NCBI GenBank assembly: GCA_965261005.1
Contig: OZ253375.1
Span: forward strand, 2,016,001-2,080,000
Direction: 5' to 3'
Source: Deinococcus sp.
GTDB lineage: Bacteria; Deinococcota; Deinococci; Deinococcales; Deinococcaceae
Length of the DNA stretch: 64,000 nt
Shown: one piece after another, positions 22,573-32,550 of the stretch
How positions within the stretch are numbered: the first letter of the stretch is position 1
Layout of the letters: each line of letters begins with the position of its first letter
Made by a program: the position numbers and the translations under genes
The notes under the pieces: model-generated
Databases searched by the model: none
The model's input: only the letters and a program-made list of their open reading frames with translations
Told to the model about the DNA's origin: nothing

Positions 22573-23634
22573 TTAGTGTTCTAGCGGCTGGCTCTGCACT
22601 CCGGATCGCTGTCGATGGAGATAAGCCCATAAGTGGTTGAGGTCAAGCTGCCAGTCCGTATGCGTGAGATACGCACGGAACCCCAGGGCGAGGTTGATGC
22701 GCAACATCCCTGTGTTGTCATCGGTATTGCCCGCACGCACGACCCGCCCCGCCGGATTCAAACGCTCGGCTGCCCGCAGGTTGGCGGCCTTAATCCAGCG
22801 GCCCAGAGAGTGCCGCCGATGCTCTGGCTGCACCGCGGTGCCGTGCTGAATCATGATCGTGGGTCGTTTGACGTCCCAGAGTAACTCGGTGAAGGCCACC
22901 AGGGCGCCGCTCTGGCAGTGCTCGGCAAACGTGGTAAGGCGTTGATGCCCACCTGTAAGTAATCGCTCATCCTGCTTCTGTAGGTCCTCAGAGGTCATTC
23001 GCGCGGCCTGCATGGCCCGTGTGCCTTGCGGCGCGGTTTGCATCACGTCATAGACCGGTGCAATGGCCGGCAAACGATCCTGAGGATAAGGCCCCAAGTG
23101 CGACCAGACCCGGTACTGGGGAGCGGCTTCCGCGCTCTGATTCACCCAGTCCGTCAGCTGTTGAGGATTGAGGCTTTGAAGATCAAGTTCCATGAACTGC
23201 TGCTGCATCACCAACTGTGCGCCGAGATGGCACAGCACCGCTTCGCCGCTCGGCAGACGACTGGAGGCGTTTGTGAGGAGGACCTGTCGGTCCGCCTGCT
23301 CCGCCAGGCGGGCAACATCCATCAGAAGACGTCGCGCCAAACCACGGTTGCGGTATGCCGCCAGGACGGTCAACTCGATGTCAGCTTGATGGATGTTCTG
23401 CACCTTGGGCAGGGTGACACTAGCGCGGGCCACAACCTGGCTGTCCTGCCAAAGCAGGACATGGTGGCGGTCGATGGCTGGGTCTGGTCGCTGGAGGCCA
23501 GCGATCACGGTTTCGGCGTCGAGAGGCGGATCGCTGGGCATCCGCTCAGCACGAATGGACTCCAAATGGTGCGCCAGCGAGCGGAGGTGGGCGGGAGGCG
23601 CAGTGGCGAGGTTGAGCACTTCAAGCGTCAGCAC
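22573..23634 (-). CDS. tandem-domain GNAT acetyltransferase
   Basis: VLAAYRNRGLARRL and TAVQPEHRRHSLGRWIKA...GNTDDNTGMLRINLALGF; visibly less GC-biased than neighbours; start uncertain. Confidence 0.85.
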   Translation of the reverse strand: MLTLEVLNLATAPPAHLRSLAHHLESIRAERMPSDPPLDAETVIAGLQRPDPAIDRHHVLLWQDSQVVARASVTLPKVQNIHQADIELTVLAAYRNRGLARRLLMDVARLAEQADRQVLLTNASSRLPSGEAVLCHLGAQLVMQQQFMELDLQSLNPQQLTDWVNQSAEAAPQYRVWSHLGPYPQDRLPAIAPVYDVMQTAPQGTRAMQAARMTSEDLQKQDERLLTGGHQRLTTFAEHCQSGALVAFTELLWDVKRPTIMIQHGTAVQPEHRRHSLGRWIKAANLRAAERLNPAGRVVRAGNTDDNTGMLRINLALGFRAYLTHTDWQLDLNHLWAYLHRQRSGVQSQPLEH

Positions 23635-23815
23635 AGAAGCTCCATGTGGGGCAGATGATGCGCGAAGAATCGACTTCTCAAGCGCACCTGGGAGAGGGCA
23701 AGAGCACGTGACACGCTGCACGAGCAGTTCAGTGTCCAGGTGGGGTGTATCCTAACCGGACGTGAGCCGCCGGTCATCCGGTCAACTGCTGATGCAAAAG
23801 CAACGCGCCGACCCC

Positions 23816-23895
23816 CAGCGACGACACGGCATCGATGCCCTTCTCGTCGACCTTTTCGCCCCTGATCATTTCGTCCGCATGTCGATGCATCCGGG
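23816..23895 (+). repeat. ~80-bp direct repeat, copy 2
   Basis: Matches 22410-22490. Confidence 0.85.
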
Positions 23896-23896
23896 T

Positions 23897-24757
23897 CTAC
23901 TTCAAGGCGTTCCGCCAGGAATACTCCGGGTCGTAGCCCAATTGGTCGCGGGCCGCCTGAATCGAGAGCAGCGTCCCGAACTCGTCCAGGTCGCCCGCCA
24001 CGGGAACGCCGGGAAAGACCTCGGCCATCAACTCGCGCGAGGGACGCGGCATCACCGTGTCGCTCGCCGCGACGATGAAGCTGTGGGCGCCACTCAAGTC
24101 CGCCTCCAAACTCAGGCGGCAAGCTTGGGCCACGTCGCGCGCGTCCACGTAGCCCCACAAATTCCACTTGCGCTTGGCAGGATCATTCTGAAAGTCAGGA
24201 AAGGCGGCGTAGTCGTGCGGCTCCATAATGTTGGAGAGCCGCAGCCCCACGAAGGGAATGCCCGACCAGCGCGCGAATTGGTCGGCCATCGCCTCGCCCA
24301 TCACTTTGGAGAGTGCATAGGTAGACTCCGGCAGCGGGTAGTGCGCCTCGTCCACCGGGGCGTAGCGCGGCGCCTCGTCGAAGGGCAGGCCCAGCGTGGT
24401 CTCGCTGGAGGCCCAGACCACCCGGCTGAGGCCGTTCTGGACCGCCGCCGCGAACACGCCATAGTTCATGGTGGTGTTGTCCAGCAAGGTCTTGCCGGGG
24501 GGCCACAGGCCCGGCGCGGGGATGTTGGCGAGGTGAACCACCGCGTCCGCGCCGCGCAGCGCCTCCAGCGTCTGCCCGAGGTCAGTCAAGTCAACGCGTA
24601 AGTTCGCCGCCAGGGGACGCGGCAGCCCCTCGGCGTCAAAGGGCGTCAGGTCCAGCGCCATCACCTCGTAGCCGCGCTCTACCAGGTCGCGGACCACCGC
24701 CCGGCCTGCCTTGCCGCTCGACCCGGTCACGGCGACGCGCCGGGGGGAGTTCACCAC
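23897..24757 (-). CDS. NAD-dependent epimerase/dehydratase
   Basis: VTGSSGKAG, YALSK (YxxxK). Confidence 0.9.
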   Translation of the reverse strand: MVNSPRRVAVTGSSGKAGRAVVRDLVERGYEVMALDLTPFDAEGLPRPLAANLRVDLTDLGQTLEALRGADAVVHLANIPAPGLWPPGKTLLDNTTMNYGVFAAAVQNGLSRVVWASSETTLGLPFDEAPRYAPVDEAHYPLPESTYALSKVMGEAMADQFARWSGIPFVGLRLSNIMEPHDYAAFPDFQNDPAKRKWNLWGYVDARDVAQACRLSLEADLSGAHSFIVAASDTVMPRPSRELMAEVFPGVPVAGDLDEFGTLLSIQAARDQLGYDPEYSWRNALK

Positions 24758-25722
24758 GCGTAAGCCTCGGGCGCCTGCCCGCCGGGGCCGGGCCAGATCT
24801 CGTCGAGCTTCTTAAGGGTGTCCTCCGAGAGCTTCACATCGAGCGCCTTCAGCGAGCCGTCCAGCTGCTCCATGGTGCGCGGCCCGACGATGGGGGCGGT
24901 CACGGCCGGATTGTGCAGCAGCCAGGCCAGCGCCACGTCGGCCGGCGACTCGCCCAGGTCCCTGCACAGCGCCTCGTACCGCTCCAACTGCGGGCGGTGC
25001 TGGTCAATCTCCTTTTGCATGTTCTCGCTGGCCCGCCGCCCGTCCTGCGCCTTTTGCAGGGCGCCGCCCAGCAGGCCGCCGCCCAGGGGACTCCAGGGAA
25101 TCAGGCCCAGGCCGAACGCCTGACAAGCCGGAATCACCTCCAGCTCGATCATGCGGGCGCTCAGGTTATATAAGCTCTGCTCCGAGACCAGGCCCAAAAA
25201 GTGCCGCTGCGCCGCCAGGCTGTTGGCCTGCGCGATGTTCCAGCCCGCGAAGTTGCTGCTTCCCACGTACAGCACCTTACCCTCGCGCACCAGCTGCTCC
25301 ATGGCGCCCCAGACTTCCTCCCAAGGGGTGTCGCGGTCGATGTGGTGCATCTGGTACAGGTCAATGTGGTCGGTCTTGAGCCGCCTGAGGCTGTCCTCGC
25401 AAGCCTTGCGAATGTGGTAGGCCGAGAGCTTCTGGTCGTTGGGGCCGTCCCCCATCTTGCCGTAGACCTTGGTCGCCAGCACGATCCTCTCGCGCTTGCC
25501 GGGGTTTTTCTCCAGCCAGCGGCCCACGATCTGCTCGGTGACGCCCTCGCCCATTTTCCAGCCGTACACGTCGGCGGTATCGAAGAAGTTGATCCCGCGC
25601 TCCAGCGCCGCGTCCATGATGGCGTAGCTGTCCTCTTCGCTCGTTTCCGGCCCAAAGTTCATGGTGCCCAGACACAGCGGGCTGACCTTCAGGCCGGTTC
25701 GTCCCAGATGGCGGTATTCCAT
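24751..25722 (-). CDS. aldo/keto reductase
   Basis: LGRTGLKVSPLCLGTMNFG, FDTADVYG, IDLYQMH, PWSPLGGG. Confidence 0.95.
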   Translation of the reverse strand: MEYRHLGRTGLKVSPLCLGTMNFGPETSEEDSYAIMDAALERGINFFDTADVYGWKMGEGVTEQIVGRWLEKNPGKRERIVLATKVYGKMGDGPNDQKLSAYHIRKACEDSLRRLKTDHIDLYQMHHIDRDTPWEEVWGAMEQLVREGKVLYVGSSNFAGWNIAQANSLAAQRHFLGLVSEQSLYNLSARMIELEVIPACQAFGLGLIPWSPLGGGLLGGALQKAQDGRRASENMQKEIDQHRPQLERYEALCRDLGESPADVALAWLLHNPAVTAPIVGPRTMEQLDGSLKALDVKLSEDTLKKLDEIWPGPGGQAPEAYAW

Positions 25723-25798
25723 ATTGATTTCCCCCGTTTCCTCGCCAACCCTACGCCCGCTTGGCAAAGGTCAGGGCAGGTTGTGTTGAAGCGTTTCT

Positions 25799-27016
25799 TT
25801 AGGTTCGGTTGCCAGGCTGGGTCAGCAGACCGCGCCGGGTCGCCAGCAAGAGGGCCCAGGCGAGCGCGGCCAGAACGGCGGCCAGCGCGAACACCGCCGT
25901 GTACCCAAAGGCCTGCGCGCACAGCCCCACCCCCAGGCCCCCCAGCAGCGCGCCCGCGTTCATGGTGTTGGCGTACAGCGTGGTGGCGACGCCGACGCGG
26001 TTTGGCATCAGTTCCTGCACGTAGGCCATGCCCAGGGTCGCCAAAATGGCGATGACGTAAGCGCGGATCAGCTGGGCCGCGCCCACCCACCACACGTTCG
26101 GTGCGGCCCACACGCACACGAAGTACAGCGCCGCTGCCGCGAGGCCCCACAGAATCAGCTTCTCGTTGCCGGCGCGGCGTGGCCGCAGCGCGAAGCCCAG
26201 CATCATGGGAATTTCCAGCAGGGCGCACAGGCCCAGCAAAACGCCCACGTTGCCCTCGCTGCCGTGCAGCGCGCGGGTCACGTGCAGCGGCAAGGCCACC
26301 CCGCCCATCTGCATGGCCGCGCCGTACAGCACGAAGCTGAGCGCTATAAGACGTACCGGCCGCGCGGGCGTGACGGGGGCGGCCAGGGCGCCGAAGCCCT
26401 CGGCCGGCGGGGCGCTCGCCCCCTTTGCCGTCTTCCCGAGCCGCAGCAGCGGCAGCGTCGCGAGGGCGAAGCAGGTGGCCGTGACCAAAAAGAGGCCGCG
26501 AAAACTGGCCCACGCCAGCACGGCCGCGCCGATGCCCGGCCCCAGCACCCACGCCAGCGAAAACACCGAGCGCAAGGTCGCCACGCCCTGCTCGCCCGCC
26601 GCGCCCGCCCGCGCCTTGGTCAGCGCGAACAGCTGCGGAAAGGCCGACGCGCCGCCGCCGAGAAACACCACGCCGATCAGCAGCAGCAGCCAATAGTTGC
26701 GGGTAAAGGCGAGCAGGGTGTAGCCGATGGCGGCGGCGCCAAAGGCCGCCAGCACGATGGGCCTGCGGCTTGGCAGGCGGTCCGACCAGCGCGCCACGAG
26801 GGTGCTGATCACAATGCTGCTCAGCGAGGTCAGCGTCAGAAAAACGCCCAGCGCCAGGGGCGACATGCCCACCTTGTTTGCGCCGAACAGCGACATGTAC
26901 GGCGCCGCGAAGGACGTGGCCGACCCCAGCAAGAGCGCCGCGAGCGACAGGCCGCCGAAGCCGGGAATTTGAATCAGGGTGGCGAGGGTATGTCTTGAGT
27001 GAGAAGTTGTGTGCAT
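25799..27016 (-). CDS. MFS sugar efflux transporter (SET-like)
   Basis: Many TM helices, WSDRLPSRR, LRSVFSLAWVLGP, GVATTLYANT. Confidence 0.88.
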   Translation of the reverse strand: MHTTSHSRHTLATLIQIPGFGGLSLAALLLGSATSFAAPYMSLFGANKVGMSPLALGVFLTLTSLSSIVISTLVARWSDRLPSRRPIVLAAFGAAAIGYTLLAFTRNYWLLLLIGVVFLGGGASAFPQLFALTKARAGAAGEQGVATLRSVFSLAWVLGPGIGAAVLAWASFRGLFLVTATCFALATLPLLRLGKTAKGASAPPAEGFGALAAPVTPARPVRLIALSFVLYGAAMQMGGVALPLHVTRALHGSEGNVGVLLGLCALLEIPMMLGFALRPRRAGNEKLILWGLAAAALYFVCVWAAPNVWWVGAAQLIRAYVIAILATLGMAYVQELMPNRVGVATTLYANTMNAGALLGGLGVGLCAQAFGYTAVFALAAVLAALAWALLLATRRGLLTQPGNRT

Positions 27017-27126
27017 GTGGTTCCAAGAAATTCAGGAGAGCGGCGGAGCGGTGGACGGCCAGGTCCCGGCGGGGCGTTCAGCTGCTCAGTCTAGACCCAG
27101 GGGGCGGGGGGCTAGCCCGGCTGCCT

Positions 27127-27363
27127 TCAGGTGAGGCTGTCCAAGTTGCGCGCGAAGACGCGCGGGTTGGTGTGGTCGGCTGGCCGGGCCGGGTCGCGCG
27201 GCCGAACGCTCAGCACGCCGCGCGCCGCCAGGTCGCCCAGCAACTTGGACACGTCGTGCCCGCGCAGCCCCAGCCGCTCGGCGACCTCGCGGGCGCTGCT
27301 CGGCCCCGCCGCCGTTAACGCTTGCAAAACGCGCTCCTCCAAGTCGCCTGTCATGCCTGCCAT
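27127..27363 (-). CDS. small winged-helix protein
   Basis: GPSSAREVAERLGL...VSKLLGDLAARG HTH-like pattern. Confidence 0.55.
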   Translation of the reverse strand: MAGMTGDLEERVLQALTAAGPSSAREVAERLGLRGHDVSKLLGDLAARGVLSVRPRDPARPADHTNPRVFARNLDSLT

Positions 27364-27384
27364 TGTGCTTGCTAAGGTGGGGCC

Positions 27385-27840
27385 ATGTCACTGCTCGGCC
27401 ACAGCGCCCCCGACTTCAGCTTGCCCGCCAGCGTGGGCGGCGAGGTGAGGCTCTCCGATTACCGGGGCCACCAAAACGTCGCGCTGGTGTTTTATCCGCT
27501 CGACTTCTCGCCGGTCTGCTCGATGCAGTTGCCCGAGTACAGCGGGCGAAGCGACGACTTCGCCGAACTGAGTACGGTGGTGCTGGGCGTCAACCGTGAT
27601 TCTCTGTACACCCACAAGGCTTGGGCCGCCGAGTACGGCATCGAGGTGCCGCTGCTCTCGGACATGAACCTCGCGGTGGCGCGCGCCTACGGCGTGGCCC
27701 TCGAAGAGCGGGGCGTCAGCAAACGGGCGGTCTTCTTGATTGACCAGGCGGGCGTGGTCCGCTTCGAGAACGTGGAGGAAAAGGGTGGCGACTACACCCT
27801 GCGCCCGGAGCAGTTGCTGGAAAAAATTCGCGGGTTGTAG
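27385..27840 (+). CDS. peroxiredoxin (AhpE/BCP-like, 1-Cys)
   Basis: APDFSL, FYPLDFSPVC, RAVFLID. Confidence 0.9.
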   Translation: MSLLGHSAPDFSLPASVGGEVRLSDYRGHQNVALVFYPLDFSPVCSMQLPEYSGRSDDFAELSTVVLGVNRDSLYTHKAWAAEYGIEVPLLSDMNLAVARAYGVALEERGVSKRAVFLIDQAGVVRFENVEEKGGDYTLRPEQLLEKIRGL

Positions 27841-27983
27841 TCGGGTGAACCCCTTGTCGCGGTGAACGTCTCCCTTCAAGGCTTCACCACGGGCAGGAGC
27901 TGGGAAAGTCCTCGGCATGGCCTCACCTTAGCGGTGGCCCTCTTGCAAATTTCTCACGGGTGGCGCGGTCCTCGTCCGACCGG

Positions 27984-28457
27984 TCAGTACGGAACCTTGT
28001 CCAAGCTGGCCGTCCAGGCTGCAAAGGCCTTCAGCGCTTCGGCGCGCCCGAGTTCCAGCATGCCCAGCGTGCGCGCCGCCTGGGGCCTCGCCAACTCCTG
28101 GTAAATGAAGCTGTCCGAAAAGCCGATGGCGTCCGCGTCTTCCTTGGTGCAGCCGTAAAAGACCCGCGACAGGCGCGCCCAATAGATGGCGCCCAGGCAC
28201 ATCGGGCACGGCTCGCAGCTGGTGTAGATCGCGCAGTCCGACAGATCGAAGCGCCCCAGCTTGGCGCTGGCCGCGCGAATGGCGACCACCTCGGCGTGGG
28301 CGGTCGGGTCGTGGGTGGCCGTCACGCGGTTGACGCCGCTTGCCACGACCTCGCCCCCCCGCGCGATCACGGCGCCGAAGGGACCGCCCGCGCCCGACAG
28401 GACGTTCTCCAGCGCGAGCCGGGCGGCCTCGCGCATCAGGTCTTCGGGCGTGTGCAT
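27984..28457 (-). CDS. guanine/nucleoside deaminase (CDA-fold, GuaD-like)
   Basis: GGPFGAVI, DPTAHAE, CEPCPMCLGAIYWAR. Confidence 0.9.
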   Translation of the reverse strand: MHTPEDLMREAARLALENVLSGAGGPFGAVIARGGEVVASGVNRVTATHDPTAHAEVVAIRAASAKLGRFDLSDCAIYTSCEPCPMCLGAIYWARLSRVFYGCTKEDADAIGFSDSFIYQELARPQAARTLGMLELGRAEALKAFAAWTASLDKVPY

Positions 28458-28543
28458 GGCGCGAGTGTAGCGCGGCGAAAGGTCGCGGGGTTTTCCCGCC
28501 ACGACTTGGCCCCCGCCCTGTAAAATCTCCCAAAGGAGCGCGC

Positions 28544-30940
28544 ATGTCTGAGTACGATTTCGAGGGTCCCCAGTCCAGTTTCGGCCAGACCAGCGGCGCC
28601 TTTCCCAGCCTTCGCCCTCCCGAGGACCCGCTGCTGACGCGCCTGCGCCAAGAAGCTGTTCAGGACCCGGCCGCGCACGCCGAGCAGGTGCGGCGCTTCG
28701 AGCAGGACCCCGAGGCCGCGCTGTCCGCCCACGCCGCCCAACACGCCAAGCTCCAGGCGGAGCGCCTTGAGGCCGACCGGCAGCGCCGCCAAGCCTTAAA
28801 AGGCGAGCAGCACAGCCAGGCCGAGGCGCAGCGGCAAGCAGCAGAAGCGCGCGAGCGGCGCCAGCACGCCCAGAACCTGCGCGCCGCCAGCAGGCTGCCC
28901 AAGGCCGCGCCTTCCCCCGAGGTGACCGAGCGGGCGGCCGTGGAACGCTTGGGCGCGGACGGGGTGCAGCAGGGCAGCCGGCTGTCGCACGAGGCCGACA
29001 AGCTGCACGAACTCCTGCTGCAAGACGCGCGCTACCTGCCGGAGGCCGTCCGCGCCGAAATGGTCTCCGAAACGCTGGAGGGGTACGGGCGCCAAGGTCT
29101 GCCCGCCGAGACCATCGCGCAGCTGCTGATGGACCGCCTGCCCGAGCCGCAACGCGCGACCTTGCAGTTCGCGGTGCTGAAGACCAAGGGAGTGCAACAG
29201 CGGCGCCAAGTGGCGGCGCAGACGCGGGCGACCCAGCAAGCGCGCGGGAACGCGGCCCACGACGTGCAGACCATCTACGCCGCCGTGATCGTCTCCGACG
29301 TGAACAGGGGAACGATCATTGGCAGTGGATTCCACGACGGGCCGCTGGACCTGCGCGTCGTTGCCTTGATCGGCCAGTACGCGGGCCGTGGACAGCTCGA
29401 CACCCTGAAGCAGACCTACCACGACAAGTACGGACGCGATTTGCGCAACGACGCTTTGGCGCTGTTGCGCGACCCGATCGCCAAGCGCAACGTCGCCGAC
29501 ATGTTCGGCCTGCCCTTCGGGCATGACCTCGGTTTTCACGCCTTTGTCGAGGCGCTGACCCGCATGAGCTACGCCAATGCGGACGACCTCTCCGACAGCA
29601 AGCTGACAGGCAATACAGGCGACGCCGCCAAGCTGCTGCACGCCTTCGGGTACACAAGCAGCCACACCGTCTTCGGGCGCTGGGGCTTCCAGATGCGCGT
29701 CTTCACCCCTGATCCCAAGGCCAAACTCGCAGAAGGTGTTCACCGGCATACCCAGCCGGTCGTCGCCTTTCGCGGCACCGAGGGTGTGCAGCCTTGGCCC
29801 TTCGGGGAGGCCATCAACCCCAGAGACCCCAGCGTGCAGGAAAGCAACCTCGACACCCAGATCGGCGACTTCGGCAAGGCGCCCGCCGGCTACGCCCAGT
29901 ACCAACCGAACAAGGAGCGCATTGACGCCAACCTGGAGGGGCTGGGCAGCAACCTGATCTTCGCCGGCCACTCGCTCGGCGGCGCCCTCGCGCAGATCGC
30001 GGCGGTGCATCATCCCGCGCTGGTCGGGCAGATCATCACCTTTCAGTCGCCGTCCATCGAAAAGAGTGACGCCGAGAAGATCGAACAGTACAACAAGAAG
30101 CACCAAGGGCACGAGATCGAGAGCGCCCACTACCGGGCGCTGAACGACGTGGTGCCGACGGCGGGCGAGGAGCTGACCCCTGGGACGGTGTACAGCTTCG
30201 AGCGCTCGAAGTACATCGCCGGCAAGGGCGAGCAGCCCGGCCACGCCCCGAAGAACGACGGGCACGACACCGGGGAGTGGGTGCAGAACGTGCTGGCAAG
30301 CCGGGACCTGCTCAGCATGGGCGGCCCCAACCACAACGCCTGTTTGCTGCGGGAACTGCTGGTGAACCGGAACGCGGGGAAGCTGACGCCCGAACAGCGC
30401 TTGGTGGCGCAGCTTGGGGCGCTCGATCAGGACCAGATGGGCAAGGACGGCAAACCGCTGCCGGAAGACGTGCGGCCCATGGTGGTGAGCGCCTTGCACA
30501 GCGTCTACACGGCCAAGACGGACCCGATTCTGCATGGGGAGGCGGGACGGGCGGCGGTGCTGGCGGGGGTGTACAAGACGTTCGGCTTCACCTTCCGGGT
30601 CTTCGCCGCCAACCTGCCCTACAACCTCGCGCTCGAACAGCTGGACAAGAAGCTGAAAGAAGCCACGCCCGAAAAGCTGCACGACCGTGAAGGGCTACAA
30701 AAGGCTTTGGAGAAGTGGACCGCCTTGCTTGACGGCATGCACGAACTCCGGATCGGCGACAGCGCCGACGAGATGGCCCGCATGCTTCAGCTCGACGACA
30801 CCAAGACCTATAGGGCGCTGAAAGCAGTGGGAGAAGTCAAGCTGGGCGGAGAGGATAAGCGCATTCTCAAAGACACTCTGCTTGATCTGTGGCTCTCTTG
30901 GCATCCCGACGGAGAACATCTCTCGCAGGCAATGCGATGA
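28544..30940 (+). CDS. large class-3 lipase-domain protein, putative polymorphic toxin/effector
   Basis: TAAAAT -10 and AAAGGAG RBS before ATG 28544; VVAFRGT, GHSLGG nucleophile elbow, NDVVP Asp, candidate NH His; coiled-coil N-terminus; no signal peptide. Confidence 0.8.
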   Translation: MSEYDFEGPQSSFGQTSGAFPSLRPPEDPLLTRLRQEAVQDPAAHAEQVRRFEQDPEAALSAHAAQHAKLQAERLEADRQRRQALKGEQHSQAEAQRQAAEARERRQHAQNLRAASRLPKAAPSPEVTERAAVERLGADGVQQGSRLSHEADKLHELLLQDARYLPEAVRAEMVSETLEGYGRQGLPAETIAQLLMDRLPEPQRATLQFAVLKTKGVQQRRQVAAQTRATQQARGNAAHDVQTIYAAVIVSDVNRGTIIGSGFHDGPLDLRVVALIGQYAGRGQLDTLKQTYHDKYGRDLRNDALALLRDPIAKRNVADMFGLPFGHDLGFHAFVEALTRMSYANADDLSDSKLTGNTGDAAKLLHAFGYTSSHTVFGRWGFQMRVFTPDPKAKLAEGVHRHTQPVVAFRGTEGVQPWPFGEAINPRDPSVQESNLDTQIGDFGKAPAGYAQYQPNKERIDANLEGLGSNLIFAGHSLGGALAQIAAVHHPALVGQIITFQSPSIEKSDAEKIEQYNKKHQGHEIESAHYRALNDVVPTAGEELTPGTVYSFERSKYIAGKGEQPGHAPKNDGHDTGEWVQNVLASRDLLSMGGPNHNACLLRELLVNRNAGKLTPEQRLVAQLGALDQDQMGKDGKPLPEDVRPMVVSALHSVYTAKTDPILHGEAGRAAVLAGVYKTFGFTFRVFAANLPYNLALEQLDKKLKEATPEKLHDREGLQKALEKWTALLDGMHELRIGDSADEMARMLQLDDTKTYRALKAVGEVKLGGEDKRILKDTLLDLWLSWHPDGEHLSQAMR

Positions 30941-31404
30941 CACGGGCGTTGAGTTGGCTCTTTTTAGGCGCGGCAGTCCTCATAACTGTAGTGGCCTTTG
31001 CACGAACAACTCAAGGAGGCAACGTGCAGACCAAGGATGAAGTGCTGCAAGCAGCTGTCAAGCTGGCGCAGAAAGAACTGGATTTGACACCAGTCAAGTG
31101 TCCACCGCCAGGCGAGGAAGATTCTAGCGAAGTGTGCTTTGGGACCGTTATGTCCGCAGAGAAATTCCGAAGTACATTAGATGCCGTTTCGGAACAACAA
31201 CTCAAGTCTATAACCGGCTGGCGAGACGACTTTGGGGTTCTTAGCGCGATATTTGAGTTGAGCGGTCAGCGTAGCTACGAGATAGGGTTCATTTATAAGC
31301 GTCCGGGCTTTGCTTGGAAAGTATATAAGGAAGCCTATAAACCGCTGCAGGGTAAAGCTCTTGTACGTGTTGGAGTCAGCGAACGCTCAGTACCCGACAG
31401 GTAG
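30937..31404 (+). CDS. exported small protein, putative cognate immunity protein
   Basis: ATGA overlap with the lipase stop; signal-peptide-like N-terminus; two Cys; AT-richer; last codons replaced by the IS4 end (native end QE-stop at 32561-32569). Confidence 0.7.
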   Translation: MTRALSWLFLGAAVLITVVAFARTTQGGNVQTKDEVLQAAVKLAQKELDLTPVKCPPPGEEDSSEVCFGTVMSAEKFRSTLDAVSEQQLKSITGWRDDFGVLSAIFELSGQRSYEIGFIYKRPGFAWKVYKEAYKPLQGKALVRVGVSERSVPDR

Positions 31405-32550
31405 GGTCGGTGGCATCTGAAGGGCCGGGAAGAGGAGGGCCAGACAAGACCTGGCGCGCTCAAGATTCCACTTGAGGGCGTCCACAAGCAGATCGAGGCC
31501 GGTCAGGAAGGTGCTCTTGGCTTTGCGCCCGTGCGTTTTGAGCCGTACGGGCGCCTCCTGTTCCCGCACCAGACCGACCAGCAGCGCCCAGACGAAGGCG
31601 ACCGTGAGCAAGCTGACCAGCGTTTCGATGCGGGCAGGGTCGGTCATGTGGGTCGCCTCCAGATTGAGGCCGCGCAGTTTGTAAGCGCCGAAGGTGCATT
31701 CGATGGACCAGCGCGACCGGTAGCGCTCACAGGTGTCGAACAGCGAGAGGTCCGAGGCGATCACCACCCGCTCGCCCTCGCTAGACAGCGTGGCAACCAC
31801 CTGCATCTCAGCGCCGTAGACCACCTCTTTGTCGAGCAGGCCGCGCACCTCGCCGGGCGTCAGGTGTGCAAAGGCGTCTCGAACCGCGATGTCATCGAGC
31901 AGGGTGTCCTCACGAATGCGGATGCAGCGCTTGAGCCGTCGTTGTTCCAGGGCCGCGAACCAGTCTTTGCCCACGAACTCACGGTCGGCCAGCAGCACCG
32001 CAATGCGCTGTGCGGGAATGACGCTCAGCAGCCGGTCGAGCAGCGCGATGCGCGCGGCAGTCGAACTGGCGCCGCCGTGGTCCAGCACGTCCCACACCAA
32101 GGGGAGAGCGTAGCCAGCAAACACCGCCCCAATCACCAAGATGTTGTGATCATATTGCCCATAGCGCCAGTTGGTGCGGTCCATCGCGAGCGTCAACTTG
32201 CCGCTCCCCAACAGCGGCAGGATCAGTTGGGCGGCCTCGTGCTGAGTGAAGGTCGCTGCGGCGAAGAAGCGGGCGACGCGACGTTCTTTGCTTTCGGGTC
32301 GGGCGTCACCCGGCAAGTGCTGAGCGAGTTTGCGGTGAGTGACGTGCTGGGCGTGGACGGTAGCGAGCAACATATCGGCGAGACGAGCGCGCTGGTCAGA
32401 GCGGCGTCCGGGCAGGTGTTGCGCGACGAGCGCGCGCAGGGTAGCGTCAGTGGTGCCGGGGGGCTGGGTACTCATCAACCACAGTTTGTCCCGGCTCTGC
32501 TGTCTCTCCTCGTGTCACACAACCTTTAGACCTTCCTGTCGGGTACTGAG
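31386..32550 (-). mobile_element. IS4-family insertion sequence
   Basis: Terminal inverted repeats CTCAGTACCCGACAGG / CCTGTCGGGTACTGAG; perfect 9-bp target duplication CAGCGAACG (31377-31385, 32551-32559). Confidence 0.93.
31387..32478 (-). CDS. IS4-family DDE transposase
   Basis: AMDRTNW, LADREFVG, YRSRWSIECTF..K (YREK motif). Confidence 0.93.
   Translation of the reverse strand: MMSTQPPGTTDATLRALVAQHLPGRRSDQRARLADMLLATVHAQHVTHRKLAQHLPGDARPESKERRVARFFAAATFTQHEAAQLILPLLGSGKLTLAMDRTNWRYGQYDHNILVIGAVFAGYALPLVWDVLDHGGASSTAARIALLDRLLSVIPAQRIAVLLADREFVGKDWFAALEQRRLKRCIRIREDTLLDDIAVRDAFAHLTPGEVRGLLDKEVVYGAEMQVVATLSSEGERVVIASDLSLFDTCERYRSRWSIECTFGAYKLRGLNLEATHMTDPARIETLVSLLTVAFVWALLVGLVREQEAPVRLKTHGRKAKSTFLTGLDLLVDALKWNLERARSCLALLFPALQMPPTLPVGY

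Noticed and set aside
22311..23895. Integron attC cassette
   Set aside because: No integron integrase and no RYYYAAC...GTTRRRY core sites; treated as MITE-like cassettes instead.
28340..28543. Longer N-terminus for the lipase protein
   Set aside because: It overlaps the deaminase gene; the -10 box and RBS point to ATG 28544.
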